Under the pieces are notes generated by a model. It had not been told where the DNA came from. It did not search any database and worked only from the letters and a program-made list of their open reading frames with translations. 29,031 bases of DNA from a virus (taxonomy: Duplodnaviria > Caudoviricetes): positions 1-29,031 of IMG/VR virus record IMGVR_UViG_3300049043_000129; one strand, given 5' to 3'. Below, in pieces: positions 10,370-20,300 of this stretch (positions within the stretch are counted from its first letter, which is position 1; each line of letters begins with the position of its first letter). A program made the translations under genes and the position numbers.

Positions 10370-10618
10370 TTTACCAATAAACTCTTCTAAAGTTGAAACC
10401 GATGCGCCTTTTGCGGACTTTTGAATGTAGGTTTTGGCGGATTCTGTAGTTGTTTGCCAACATGAACCTGTTGTCCATTGTGAATGATGATAAACTTCTT
10501 ACCAAATGGAACTGCTGCCCACATTCCATCCTTGGTTACATAACCTTCAGGGTCTCCTGGTGTTTCTTTTAAAATACCAGGGCGAGGAATGAATGGTTTT
10601 CTGAAACTTTTCAGTCAT
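10370..10618 (-). CDS. hypothetical protein (frameshifted)
   Basis: MTEKFQ..PGDPEGYVTKDGMWAAVPFGKKFIIIHNGQQVH..TLEEFIGK*. Confidence 0.65.
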
Positions 10619-10758
10619 CCAAATACCGCAGTGACACCAACAACTTTAGCGTTAGGATTTCTCGCCTTCGCCACTTCACGCGCTTCCTGATAATCACGGG
10701 CGTGAACTTTTTCAGTGAAAACTTTTCCACAAACATAAAGTTTGACTTCGCAGACCAT
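10615..10758 (-). CDS. small cyanophage-type hypothetical protein
   Basis: 47-aa MVCEVKLYVCGKVFTEKVHARDYQEAREVAKARNPNAKVVGVTAVFG*. Confidence 0.7.
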   Translation of the reverse strand: MVCEVKLYVCGKVFTEKVHARDYQEAREVAKARNPNAKVVGVTAVFG

Positions 10759-10783
10759 GGTGGTTTCGTTTGATTACTTAAGT

Positions 10784-10838
10784 ATTATAGCAGAATAGGG
10801 TGGGGTGGGGGTAGAGTATGCCAGTTTTCACACCGACC
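10784..10838 (-). promoter_or_regulatory. early promoter with upstream palindromic element
   Basis: GGTCGGTGTGAAAACTGGCATA ..TGCTATAAT (extended -10). Confidence 0.6.
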
Positions 10839-11575
10839 TCCACCCTTTATGCTGACTTCTTTGACCATTCATAACTTTTTGTATATTTGTACTTGTTAGA
10901 TTATTATCTCTACAAAATTTAGTTAAGTTTTTTCCAGTAACAATTTCACCAGTTGGAGAAACTAATGTAAAACTTTTTGAGTATTTTTCAGATACAACAG
11001 CGCCGCCAATTTTTCCGTATTTTTTACCAATTTCTCTTTGTTCTTCCTTTGTTAATGAAAATATTCCAATTCCAAGTTCTTTACTTTTTAATCCCTAATT
11101 TTTCCACCTTTTTTACAATTTTCAAGTTTTTGTTCTTCAGAAGAGAGAATAAACCAGTTCCATTTTTATAATGTTTATTTCCCGTTATTTTTCCTGCTTT
11201 ACTACAATCTTCACGCAATTTTTCTTTCGTTCTGCTAAACATCCCACTTTTAGTTTCATATAATTTTTTACCCAATTTACTTAATGCCTCTGAAGACATA
11301 AATCCACCGATATTTTCGTTGAGGCAATATGGATCATTATTGTAAAATGGATTAATTAATCTTTTTTCAACTTCCTGTGCCTTTATCCAACCTTCATCAC
11401 TATAATCAAATATTTCTAATATCTGTTTCTTTGGTGTGTAAAATTCCCACATCCATTTATGAGTTACAGGTGTTCCAAAATATTCTTCATTTTCTTTCTT
11501 TTGTTTACGAACACCATAATAATAATATGGAACTTCTTCAGAAGTAATCTTATAAGTGTAGATACACAAAGTCAT
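10828..11575 (-). CDS. Seg-like GIY-YIG homing endonuclease (frameshifted)
   Basis: MTLCIYTYKIT.EEVPYYYYGVR..EEYFGTPVTHKWMWEFYTPKKQILEIFD..AQEVEKRLI..CLNENIGG; C-terminal FTLVSPTGEIVTGKNLTKFC..HKGWRSV*. Confidence 0.8.
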
Positions 11576-11665
11576 TATTCTTTTAGTAGGGGTAAAACTA
11601 TTTATATGGGGTCTTACGCAAGTCAAATACCCCTACCCGACTTTGCTGCCCGATTGATATTTATC
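11567..11665 (-). promoter_or_regulatory. start-codon-sequestering hairpin with two late promoters upstream of the Seg-like HEG
   Basis: GATAAATA (11658-65); CAAAGTC..GTAGGGGTA pairs with TACCCCTAC..(AT)GACTTTG; TATAAATA (11599-606) in the loop. Confidence 0.6.
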
Positions 11666-12900
11666 AGCGTTTGACAACACTGATGGCAGGAAGACCCTGA
11701 TTAAAGACGGTATCCACCGACCGCTTGGACCTTACGTGCCGTAGATGATGCCCACAGAAGAGTAGACAGGGATGCAGACCAGACCCGAAGGACTTGGTGT
11801 AGTCTGCAAGGGCACCAGGGGCGATCCTGCCGCTGCTGGAGACCCTCTGCATCGTCCTTGTGAAGGCGAATGACCCGCCCGATGGTCTGGGAGATACCGA
11901 TATAGTCCATGGACCGCATAAACAGCACTGCCTCCAGACCAGACACGTTGATACCCTCAGACAGAATGCTGTGATGTAGAACCACAAACTTCTTGTGAGT
12001 TGTCCTTACCCCAGGCACTCAGAGTGTTAAAGGAACACCTCACGATTGACCTTCTGACCATCCAATGACAGCACCAGTCTTAGACGTAATATACATCCAA
12101 GAGAAACCACGATCTTCCAGTTGCGTGACAGAAATCAGTCTCAGAAACCAGAGAAGCAATTTGTTTGGTTGCCTTAGAACAAATCAGAACCTTACAGACT
12201 TCCTGAGCATCAATAGTCTGAATCAGATTCTCACAGTCAACATCAGCAACAATCTGACCCTTAGAGAGCATCTCAAACTGCTGCACCACAACCTTAGGAG
12301 GCACAATGAAACCACCTTCCACCAGTTCAGGAGCAGGCACATTCCAAATCACGTTGCCATAAACGGCAGAGTCATTCATACCAGGTTTTGCAATAGTGGC
12401 ACTGTGTTTAGGTGTAGCCGTGAAGAAGAAACACCTCTTTGCTTCTTGAGAAAAGTATTCAGTTGCAGGGAAGAAATGACGTTGAATACTATTATGTGAT
12501 TCATCAAACAGAATCAGGTCAATAGAAATGTCTGCTTGCTGTAAACGTTGCAAAGAATTGTATGTAGTAAAAATCAGTTTATGACCTCTGAGTTTGCTCT
12601 ACCCAGTTACGGATCTACATTAGGACGTGTTGTGCTGAAGTGATGTGTTTCACCCGAGTGTAGATGTGCAACTGAAACGTTAGTGATAAACTCAAGAAAC
12701 TCACTAGATAACTGCTCTGCCAGCAAAATACGAGGACAAACGACAACAACAGTTTGTGACTGAGATTGAGAAAATTGCCGAATAGCATCAAAAATCATTA
12801 CAAGAGTTTTACCAGCACCAGTAGGCATCACAAGAGTTCCTTTAGAATGCTTTTCCATAGCAAACAAACCACGTTCCTGATGGGGGCGAAGTTGAGTCAT
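11664..12900 (-). CDS. superfamily II DExH helicase (ResIII-like; frameshifted)
   Basis: LRPHQ Q-motif, MPTGAGKT (motif I), CPRILLAEQ, FDESH (II), TATP (III), SILSEGINV (V), QTIGRVIR (VI) over ORFs 12607..12906, 12080..12553 and 11701..12018. Confidence 0.88.
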
Positions 12901-12922
12901 CTGCAATCAATTCAATAAAGAT

Positions 12923-12980
12923 ATTATAGAGTAAGGTCAGAGCAAAATCAAATGTCCTGTGCCAGTTTTCTCAACCGTCC
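12923..12980 (-). promoter_or_regulatory. early promoter with upstream palindromic element (drives the helicase)
   Basis: GGACGGTTGAGAAAACTGGCACA-GGACAT-TTGATT-N17-TATAAT. Confidence 0.7.
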
Positions 12981-13536
12981 ATCCTTTATATTTTCCATAA
13001 TTATATAATGGAGATGGCGCCAGATTATTTTCCTTACAAAATTTAGTAAGATTTTTTATTGTAAAAATATTTTTATCGGGTGAAATAACTTTCCAAGTAT
13101 ATTTTGAATGAGATGTTTTTAATTTTTCAATATGATTATTTGATAATTTTTTACCTTTTCTTGCTTCTCTAACTTTTTGTTTAGATATATCACTGTGATT
13201 TCTACCTTTCCATATTTTGTTACCTTTCATTCTTTCACTTCTAAATTTGCAAGTATCTTCTGTATGTTTATACCCACTTGCTCCACCATCACCACCATCA
13301 CTAAGGTTATGAAGAATGCCTGCACCTAAATCTTTTCTACCAAAGACAGCAATCATATACTCCTCGTGTTTAAATGCCTCTTGTTCTGTCAATTGCCTTT
13401 TTAAAATAATTATTTTATTTTTATCCCTTGGCAAATTTATTCTATGATTTTTAACAGATGCTCTTCTACCACTTCCCTGACCAATATAATAAGGTGTCCC
13501 ATCTTCACGCAAGTATGCGTAAGTGTAGTATTCCAT
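12937..13536 (-). CDS. GIY-YIG homing endonuclease with NUMOD3 motifs
   Basis: intact 199-aa ORF MEYYTYAYLREDGTPYYIGQGSGRR..EAFKHEEYMIAVFGRKDLGAGILHNLSDGGDG; HTEDTC, KGRNHSDISKQK. Confidence 0.88.
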   Translation of the reverse strand: MEYYTYAYLREDGTPYYIGQGSGRRASVKNHRINLPRDKNKIIILKRQLTEQEAFKHEEYMIAVFGRKDLGAGILHNLSDGGDGGASGYKHTEDTCKFRSERMKGNKIWKGRNHSDISKQKVREARKGKKLSNNHIEKLKTSHSKYTWKVISPDKNIFTIKNLTKFCKENNLAPSPLYNYGKYKGWTVEKTGTGHLILL

Positions 13537-13537
13537 C

Positions 13538-13637
13538 TGCTTCTAAATTAAGGTCGCAATAATATTTATAATAAAATAGGGTAGATTTCTCCACCCTTCT
13601 CTAGAAGTGCGACCTTGTTAGAGCATTATTATTTATT
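13538..13637 (-). ncRNA. putative HEG control module (antisense stem-loop RNA + terminator + two late promoters)
   Basis: ATAAATA; stem CTCTA-ac-AAG-gtcgca-CTT-c-TAGAG; TGCTCTAACAAGGTCGCA complementary to leader TGCGACCTTAATTTAGAAGCA; terminator AGGGTGG-AGAAAT-CTACCCT-ATTTT; TATAAATA (13563-70). Confidence 0.65.
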
Positions 13638-13690
13638 ATAGCAGAAAACCGCCCCTGATGCGACCCAGTGGACGGTTCTTAAAGTGTCTT
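13635..13690 (-). promoter_or_regulatory. early promoter with upstream palindromic element
   Basis: AAGACACTTTAAGAACCGTCCA ..TGCTATAAT. Confidence 0.65.
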
Positions 13691-13720
13691 GAGACTCTCA
13701 TCTCCAACCCAGACAAAGGT

Positions 13721-13750
13721 AGTCTAAACGGTATTTGAGAATTATGTCAA
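13721..13750 (-). promoter_or_regulatory. possible sigma70 promoter at the late/early boundary
   Basis: TTGACA-N18-TAGACT. Confidence 0.45.
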
Positions 13751-15783
13751 GACCTTATGGAATTTGTTGGGATTCCGCACGAACCAATTCCATTATAAGC
13801 TTCTCAATCTCTTATTAGTTGTGTTATAAAGAAATCCAATCCACCTTCTACAATTGATAATAAATTTCTCTGTGTTGTTGTAACTTTTAGGTGGAATCAT
13901 AAACTGGAATATACTTCCAAAGAGTTGGAGCTCCATTACTATCCGGCAGCACTAAAATCGGCAAAAGAACTTGGAGTGGTTGCTCCAACGCCAACACCCT
14001 GAAAATATCCAACACCCCTGAGCAGCGTCTACACTTACATTATATGCAAGACTTGGTGCATATGTGTATACATTTGTTCCAACTTCGATACCACCGAGTG
14101 AGTTAACTATAAATGCATCTCCACCCGCATTGACGACAAGAGCATAAACTGAAGATGCGGATGTTTGAATACCAATACCTCCAGTGGCAGTGACTGTCGT
14201 AAATCCTACTGAAGAGTTTACTTGAATCTGATTAAATGTTGAAATGCCCGTTGTTGCATTTACATTGTTATTCAAAGACCCTGTGAGAGATAATGTAGAT
14301 GTAATAAGGTTGTTTGAAGTTAAAACTCCACCAACATTTAAGTTTCCAGAAACCGTAAGATTTCCACCAACCTGAGAATTTCCAGTTACATAGAAGTTCC
14401 AACTACATGAAGAGTAGTGGATGGATTCGTAACTCCAATTCCAAGAGAACCTCCATATGTCAGAGTCATTATGGGCGTATTGGCATTCTGTCCATAAATC
14501 CAATTAAATGCGCCAGTTTCCAACGCCGGGAGATCCTAGATTTAGGTAATGATTAACATTTCCAAGAGCATAATTAATAATATCCAAAGAAGATTGTGTG
14601 CTATATCCTTGACTTACGTTAGTATTTCCAAATCTTAATACACCATTGGAAGTTTGTAGTGAATTGCTTCTTCCAATCAGAATGAGTGCAGATTGAGTAT
14701 CACTTGTGACTAGAATTGATGCAGCATTTGCATTCTTAATTTGCAAATCACCAATTGGATTACTTGTATCCGATTCCAATACTTGTTTGAGCAACTAGAT
14801 TTGTGGTTGTCGTAAGACCTGATACACCAAGAGTAGTGGCAGTTATAATTCCGCTTGCGTTTCAATTTGCTGCAGTTATGTTTGCAACTGCGATACTAGG
14901 AGTTCCCGTTAATGATTGTGCCGTGCTTGCAGTGCCAGTTACATTCCCAACAAATCCACCAGTAGCAGTTATAATTCCAGAAACATTAATACTTTGAGGC
15001 AATCTAGAATTAGATAAAGTTCCTGAAGAAATGTTAGAGGCATTGATTCCAGAAATATCTGTTCCAAATCCAGTAAAACTATATGCTGTTACAAGTCCAG
15101 AGACATTAATGCTTTGAGGTAATCTGGAGTTGGATAAGTCCCATTAGAAATGTTAGAGGCATTAATTCCAGAAATATCTGTTCCAAATCCAGTAAAACTA
15201 TATGCTGTTACAAGTCCAGAGACATTAATGCTTTGAGGTAATCTGGAGTTGGATAAAGTTCCTGAAGAAATATTTGAAGCGTTGATTTGAGTAATGTTTG
15301 ACCCAACGACCACTGAAACTTGCAGCAGTTATGATTCCTACATATGTTGCGTTTCCATTATTATTAATTGTAACTGCGACACCAACTTGTAAAGACCCTG
15401 ACGCAAATGTTGTTCCTACACCAACATTAGACGTTGTGGAAATTTTCCAGCAGAAACATACCAACCATTAACAGCAATTGCATAAATGTTTGTTAGTCCT
15501 GCTGCATCTCCATAAAAAGTTGTAGCAGTTCGACTCCAGAAGCATTTATATTTGTTGCTGTTAAAAATCCAAGTGTGCTGACGCCAGTAACATTCAAGTC
15601 ACCAATTTTTGCACTCGATGCAGTAACTAGTCCAGTAACTCTAGTGTCCCCATAAACATTTAAAAGATAAGATTGTGGAATTGTTGTCCCAATTCCCACC
15701 AGACCATTGGCATTTACGACAAAATTATCTTCATCAACTTGAACACCATTTCTAAAATTAAATGACTTCTTATAATTTGCCAT
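13745..15783 (-). CDS. tail fibre-like virion protein (frameshifted, ~680 aa)
   Basis: MANYKKSFNFRNGVQVDEDNFVVNANGLVGIGTTIP.., GVSTLG/GIITA motifs, Gly/Ser/Thr-rich; fragments 15493..15783, 15089..15313, 14504..14794, 13952..14503; 3' end approximate. Confidence 0.78.
14979..15290 (-). repeat. ~120-bp (40-aa) near-identical tandem repeat, ~2.6 copies
   Basis: INASNISSGTLSNSRLPQSINVSGLVTAYSFTGFGTDISG unit; CCAGAAATATCTGTTCCAAATCCAGTAAAACTATATGCTG recurs at ~15049 and ~15168. Confidence 0.9.
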
Positions 15784-15796
15784 TTTAGATTTTTAA

Positions 15797-16425
15797 CTAT
15801 TTATTGGTGAAATGAATTTTTGGAATATAAGTATCAATGCTAGATTTTATATCGTAACTTTTACCTTTTTCAAGTTTTAAATATTTACCATACTTTAGAT
15901 TAGTAAAAGTTTCACTATCAGAAGTTTTATAAGATATTGCTTGGACTTCAGGATCATAAATTGGATTTGCAATATAATTCGTTTTATCTTCATCAACAAA
16001 AGTCACAACTTCATCTGCTGATATTTTAATTTGATCTCCTTCCATAACTTTTGGAGTATTGGGACAATCCCAATCTTGCCCAAGATCTTGATTTGAGGTA
16101 AATAAACTATCTACGTGTAAAGCATAACACCATCTTGAATTATCTTCAAGTGCTGTAATTAATATCGATTTTAAAGGTCTTCTATTAAGAGAATCACCAG
16201 CGTAGATAGTAGTAACTGTTTCGCTTCCTATTTCTTGAATCGTATAACTTCCTGTAGTTGCAAACGTACCATCCATAATCTAGAATTTGATTATCATCTC
16301 CCAATTCAATTCCAGTTTTTGATAAATCACACGTAAAAAATGTCTCACCTTTATTCAGTATTCCAATAAGATATTAGTAGTTTGTTTCTAATATCTCTGA
16401 AATTTTAAAATTCTACTGGTTTCAT
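15797..16425 (-). CDS. hypothetical protein downstream of the adhesin (frameshifted)
   Basis: ATG overlaps the adhesin stop (TAATG); ORF 15797..16276 is the C-terminal part. Confidence 0.65.
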
Positions 16426-17303
16426 TACGCAACACCTCCTAATCTAGTTCCAGTTACCACCCAAGTAGCAAAAGCATTATTAATTATATAGTTGCCTGCA
16501 GAACCTCCATTTCCTCCACCATTTTGACCCAAATTTCCACCACTCGCTCCACTAGATCCAGAAGCACTTGCTGCCCATTTCGGGAGTATCCACCACTACC
16601 TCCAGATCCTCCAATAGTTAAACTTCCTGCAATACCACTATTTGCACCAGACCCGCCAGATCCAGCAACAGATCCCGCCCCACCGCCGCCTCCGCCGCCA
16701 TCAGCACAGGCGGTATAGCATTGCTGCTGGCAACAACCAACTTGCGGCACACTGTAAAACATCCGCCGCTGCCAGCACCACCACCACCTCCGCCACCGCC
16801 GATGGTTCCATTATTTGTAATGAAAGTTGTGAGATTTAAAGTTAAAGCTGGACCACCATTGCTGCCCCCTCCACCATTTGCATTTCCACCATTTCCGCCA
16901 GCACCCACAATGTAATTATTATTTGTTAGATAGAGATGAAGATCCTGCAGGAAAACTGCCGGTATTGAAGGCAGTTGTTGAAGTGTTTGATGCACTTATT
17001 GTACCGTCTACAGTTAAGTAATATTTGACTGGCAAGATTATTGGCAATAATCGTTGCAATTGATTTATATCCACCGGTAACAGATGCATTTGAAAGGTCA
17101 TTATAGGCATTGTAATCTGTCGCCGCACCTATGGTTCTTGTAGCATTAATTATCTTCCCATAAAAATCAGAAAACTTTATCTGACCACTATTTGGAATAC
17201 CAGCATCCAAACCATAATATTTTGATATAGATGTTGGACTTACAGTACCAAATTCATTTGTTATGTCAGTAAAACTAATTGCACCAGATGATGGGATTGG
17301 CAT
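16425..17303 (-). CDS. glycine-rich receptor-binding adhesin, T-even gp38-like (frameshifted)
   Basis: MPIPSSGAISFTDITNEFG..; IVGAGGNGG..GGPAL..NNGTIGGGGGGGG..GGNLGQNGG..ATWVVTGTRLGGVA* parallels the gp38 Gly-rich motifs; directly follows a fibre with an S74 domain. Confidence 0.65.
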
Positions 17304-17305
17304 TT

Positions 17306-20300
17306 TTACTTGTTAGTTGATTTTTTTAATTCATCAATTTCAGTTTTTAAATCCTTAATTGCTTCAATTAAAAGTGGGACAAGTTTTTCATAACGAACTG
17401 CGAGATATCCATTTTCTCTTGTTGTTACTGCTTCTGGAAGAACTTCAAGAATTTCCTGTGCAACAACACCGACATCACTACCTTCTTTTTCTGATTTTTC
17501 ATTCCAATCAAATGTATTACCACTAATTGAAATAACTTTATTCAAGGCATCTGGGATTGGAATGATATTATCTTTCAACCTTTGATCTGAAGTATAGAAT
17601 GCCGTAATATCTTGAGTTACTCTTCACTCACCATTAACAGTAGTAACATCAGAGTTTGTATCTCCAAGAGTAGTATTTCCATTTACATTTAGAGTTCCCG
17701 GAATTGTTACATTTGCTCCAGACAAACTAAGTGCTACAGAACCAGATGAAGACTGAATATCATTACCACCAACACGAATATCACCAGCAAATGTTGTAAG
17801 AGTACTTGATGTTAGACTGATTGTTAGTATTGCCATCTGATGCTTGAATGTCATTGCCACCAATTCTAACATCACCAGCAAATGTTGTAAGAGTATTTGA
17901 TGTTAGACTGATGTTAGTATTGCCATCTGATGCTTGAATGTCATTGCCATTAATTCTTAAGTCATTTGTAACAATTAAATTGTTGGCAGTCGTTACGTTT
18001 GCTCCAGAAAGACTGATTGCAGTAGCGCCTGTAGATGATTGAATGTCATTGCCATTGATTCTTACATCTCCGGTGACGATGATATCATTTGCAGTGGTTA
18101 CATCTGTGCCAGACAAACTAAGTGCTACAGAACCAGATGAAGACTGAATATCATTACCGCCAACACGAATATCACCAGCAAATGTTGTAAGAGTGTTTGA
18201 TGTTAGAGTAAGATTGGTGTTTCCATCAGATGCTTGAATGTCATTGCCATTAATACGCAAATCGCTACTGACGACAACGATTCCAGTTCCATTTGGAGTT
18301 AAAGTGATATTACCATTTGTATTAGTTGAACTGATTACATTACCATCAATTTTAATATTATCAACAGTAAGGAATGTATTCATATTAACACTGCCAGTAA
18401 AGACAGCGTTTCCACCAACATAGAGATTTCTCCAATTCCAACACCACCCTTAACAGTTAAAGCACCCTTTCCAACAGAATCTGAAGATGTGGTATTGGTG
18501 ATTCTAACTTGCCCACTAAATGTAACCGCATCTTTTGCTCTAATTTGTTTGTTGAATGTAACCGGACCATCAAATTGAGAAAGAATGGTGCCAGAGTCTC
18601 CACCCTCTACAAGAAGTCTTTCTTTAACAGTGACTTCATCATACACAACACTCGATTTTGCTGGATCTTCACCAGTTACAGTGGGTGTTGGAATATCATA
18701 TGAGGTGACTTCACCAGATGATGAAGACGTTTTGGTGTTTCCGCTGAAGAAGTCACCATTGTTGTTTCATACCAGTGTAGACAACAATTCCTCCAGATCT
18801 TCTTGTGATTGTACGAGGAAATCTTCTCTTTCTGAAAGAGATTTGAGTTGCACTTGTGGCAGACCTGTTGAGTAGTTACCAGGTCCATAACCAAGATATT
18901 CAAATGTGTGACCAGAAGCACGAATAATGGATGGTCTACGGAATTCAATGGCAAGTGGATTAATCTTACGAATAAGTGATCCAGCATCGTGAGTTTCTTT
19001 CCGAGTACCAAGAGCACCACGAAGAACAGTAAATTGAGAATTATTACTCGAAGAAGTAATTCTCATGACTTCACTATCAACTTGAATATAAGATCCCATT
19101 GGGAATCTTGCACCAGTACCAATACCCGATGCTATTGCCGAAACTTGTAGTGTTGTTGCTGCAGAGTCATCAGAAATTGCCGCCGTAAGTCTGACAATTT
19201 CATTATTATAGAAAGAAACTTGACGAATTCCAAAGTTTTCATCTCTAATATCAGAAATTGCATCATTTGCTGACATGGCATGTTTTAAAACAAAACCATC
19301 CGTAACACTTAAAGATTGATTCGTAATCGCAGTGAATGTGGTAATTCCTACTCTTTCTTTTACAACATAATCTCCAACATTGTTATTGGAAGAATCAATA
19401 ATTCTAAATTTATTTCCAGCCAACAATCCATGTGGAGTTATTGTTGCAAATGTCGAAATTCCAGTTGCAGAACTATAACTTGTTGTCGTAATTCTTGCAG
19501 ATGATCCCACAACAATTGCATATTGCCCAACAACAGGATTTGGATCTCCAGCAGTTTTAGCAATTGAAATTTGAGTTGCTGAATTGATAGAGCTAATGCG
19601 ATGATAAGAATCTGCGGTGGGTACCAATACCAGTGATTTGCACAACATCTCCAACGCTTGTGGAGATTCCGGCAGTTGCAAGTGTGTATCTTGCGTTTCC
19701 ATTTCCTGCACCAATTCTAGACGAATCAAAGAAAAGTGCTTCACCATTGGTATATCCAGAACCACTAGAAATAATATCAACCGATATGACTGCTCCTCCA
19801 GTAACCACAACCTTTGCTGTTGCTCCTTTCCAGGTTCCAACAGAAGGATTTGCACTTGTGTTTAGAAGTTTTACATCATAATAAGTACCATCAGTATAAG
19901 ATGCACCTGTAGTAATTGCACCAATTGCAATTCCACCAAGCCGTGTCTTCTTCCAAATGTTAAGGTCGAACTTGTTGGTGATGTCGATGTTGCAGTGATT
20001 GATTGTCCAACTCCGATGGAAGTTGTAAATTTATCAATTGTTTCTCTGGTAATACTTTTCTTCAGGTCACTTGTATTTGTATCTCCAATTGGACTACGGA
20101 GAGCAAATGTTTTTGCGGCTGGGGGATTTGCCTCAACATTGTCTGGATCTAACTGTGGATAAAGATCTACAGGGTTTGAGAATATTTAAGATTTACAAAT
20201 TCTTCAGGAATTCCATTGTTTGCATTAAGCACATAAAGATGATAGATTCCATCCTGCTGACCATCAATGTATGGAGAAATGACTTCATTTCGATACACAT

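Noticed and set aside
4740-13640. tRNA genes or group I introns hosting the endonucleases
   Set aside because: No cloverleaf/TTCGA pattern and no interrupted host gene or P/Q/R/S core seen; the HEGs appear free-standing.
14979-18275. Diversity-generating retroelement (TR/VR pair) in the fibre genes
   Set aside because: The repeats are in-frame tandem units, differences are not adenine-specific, and no reverse transcriptase is in the window.
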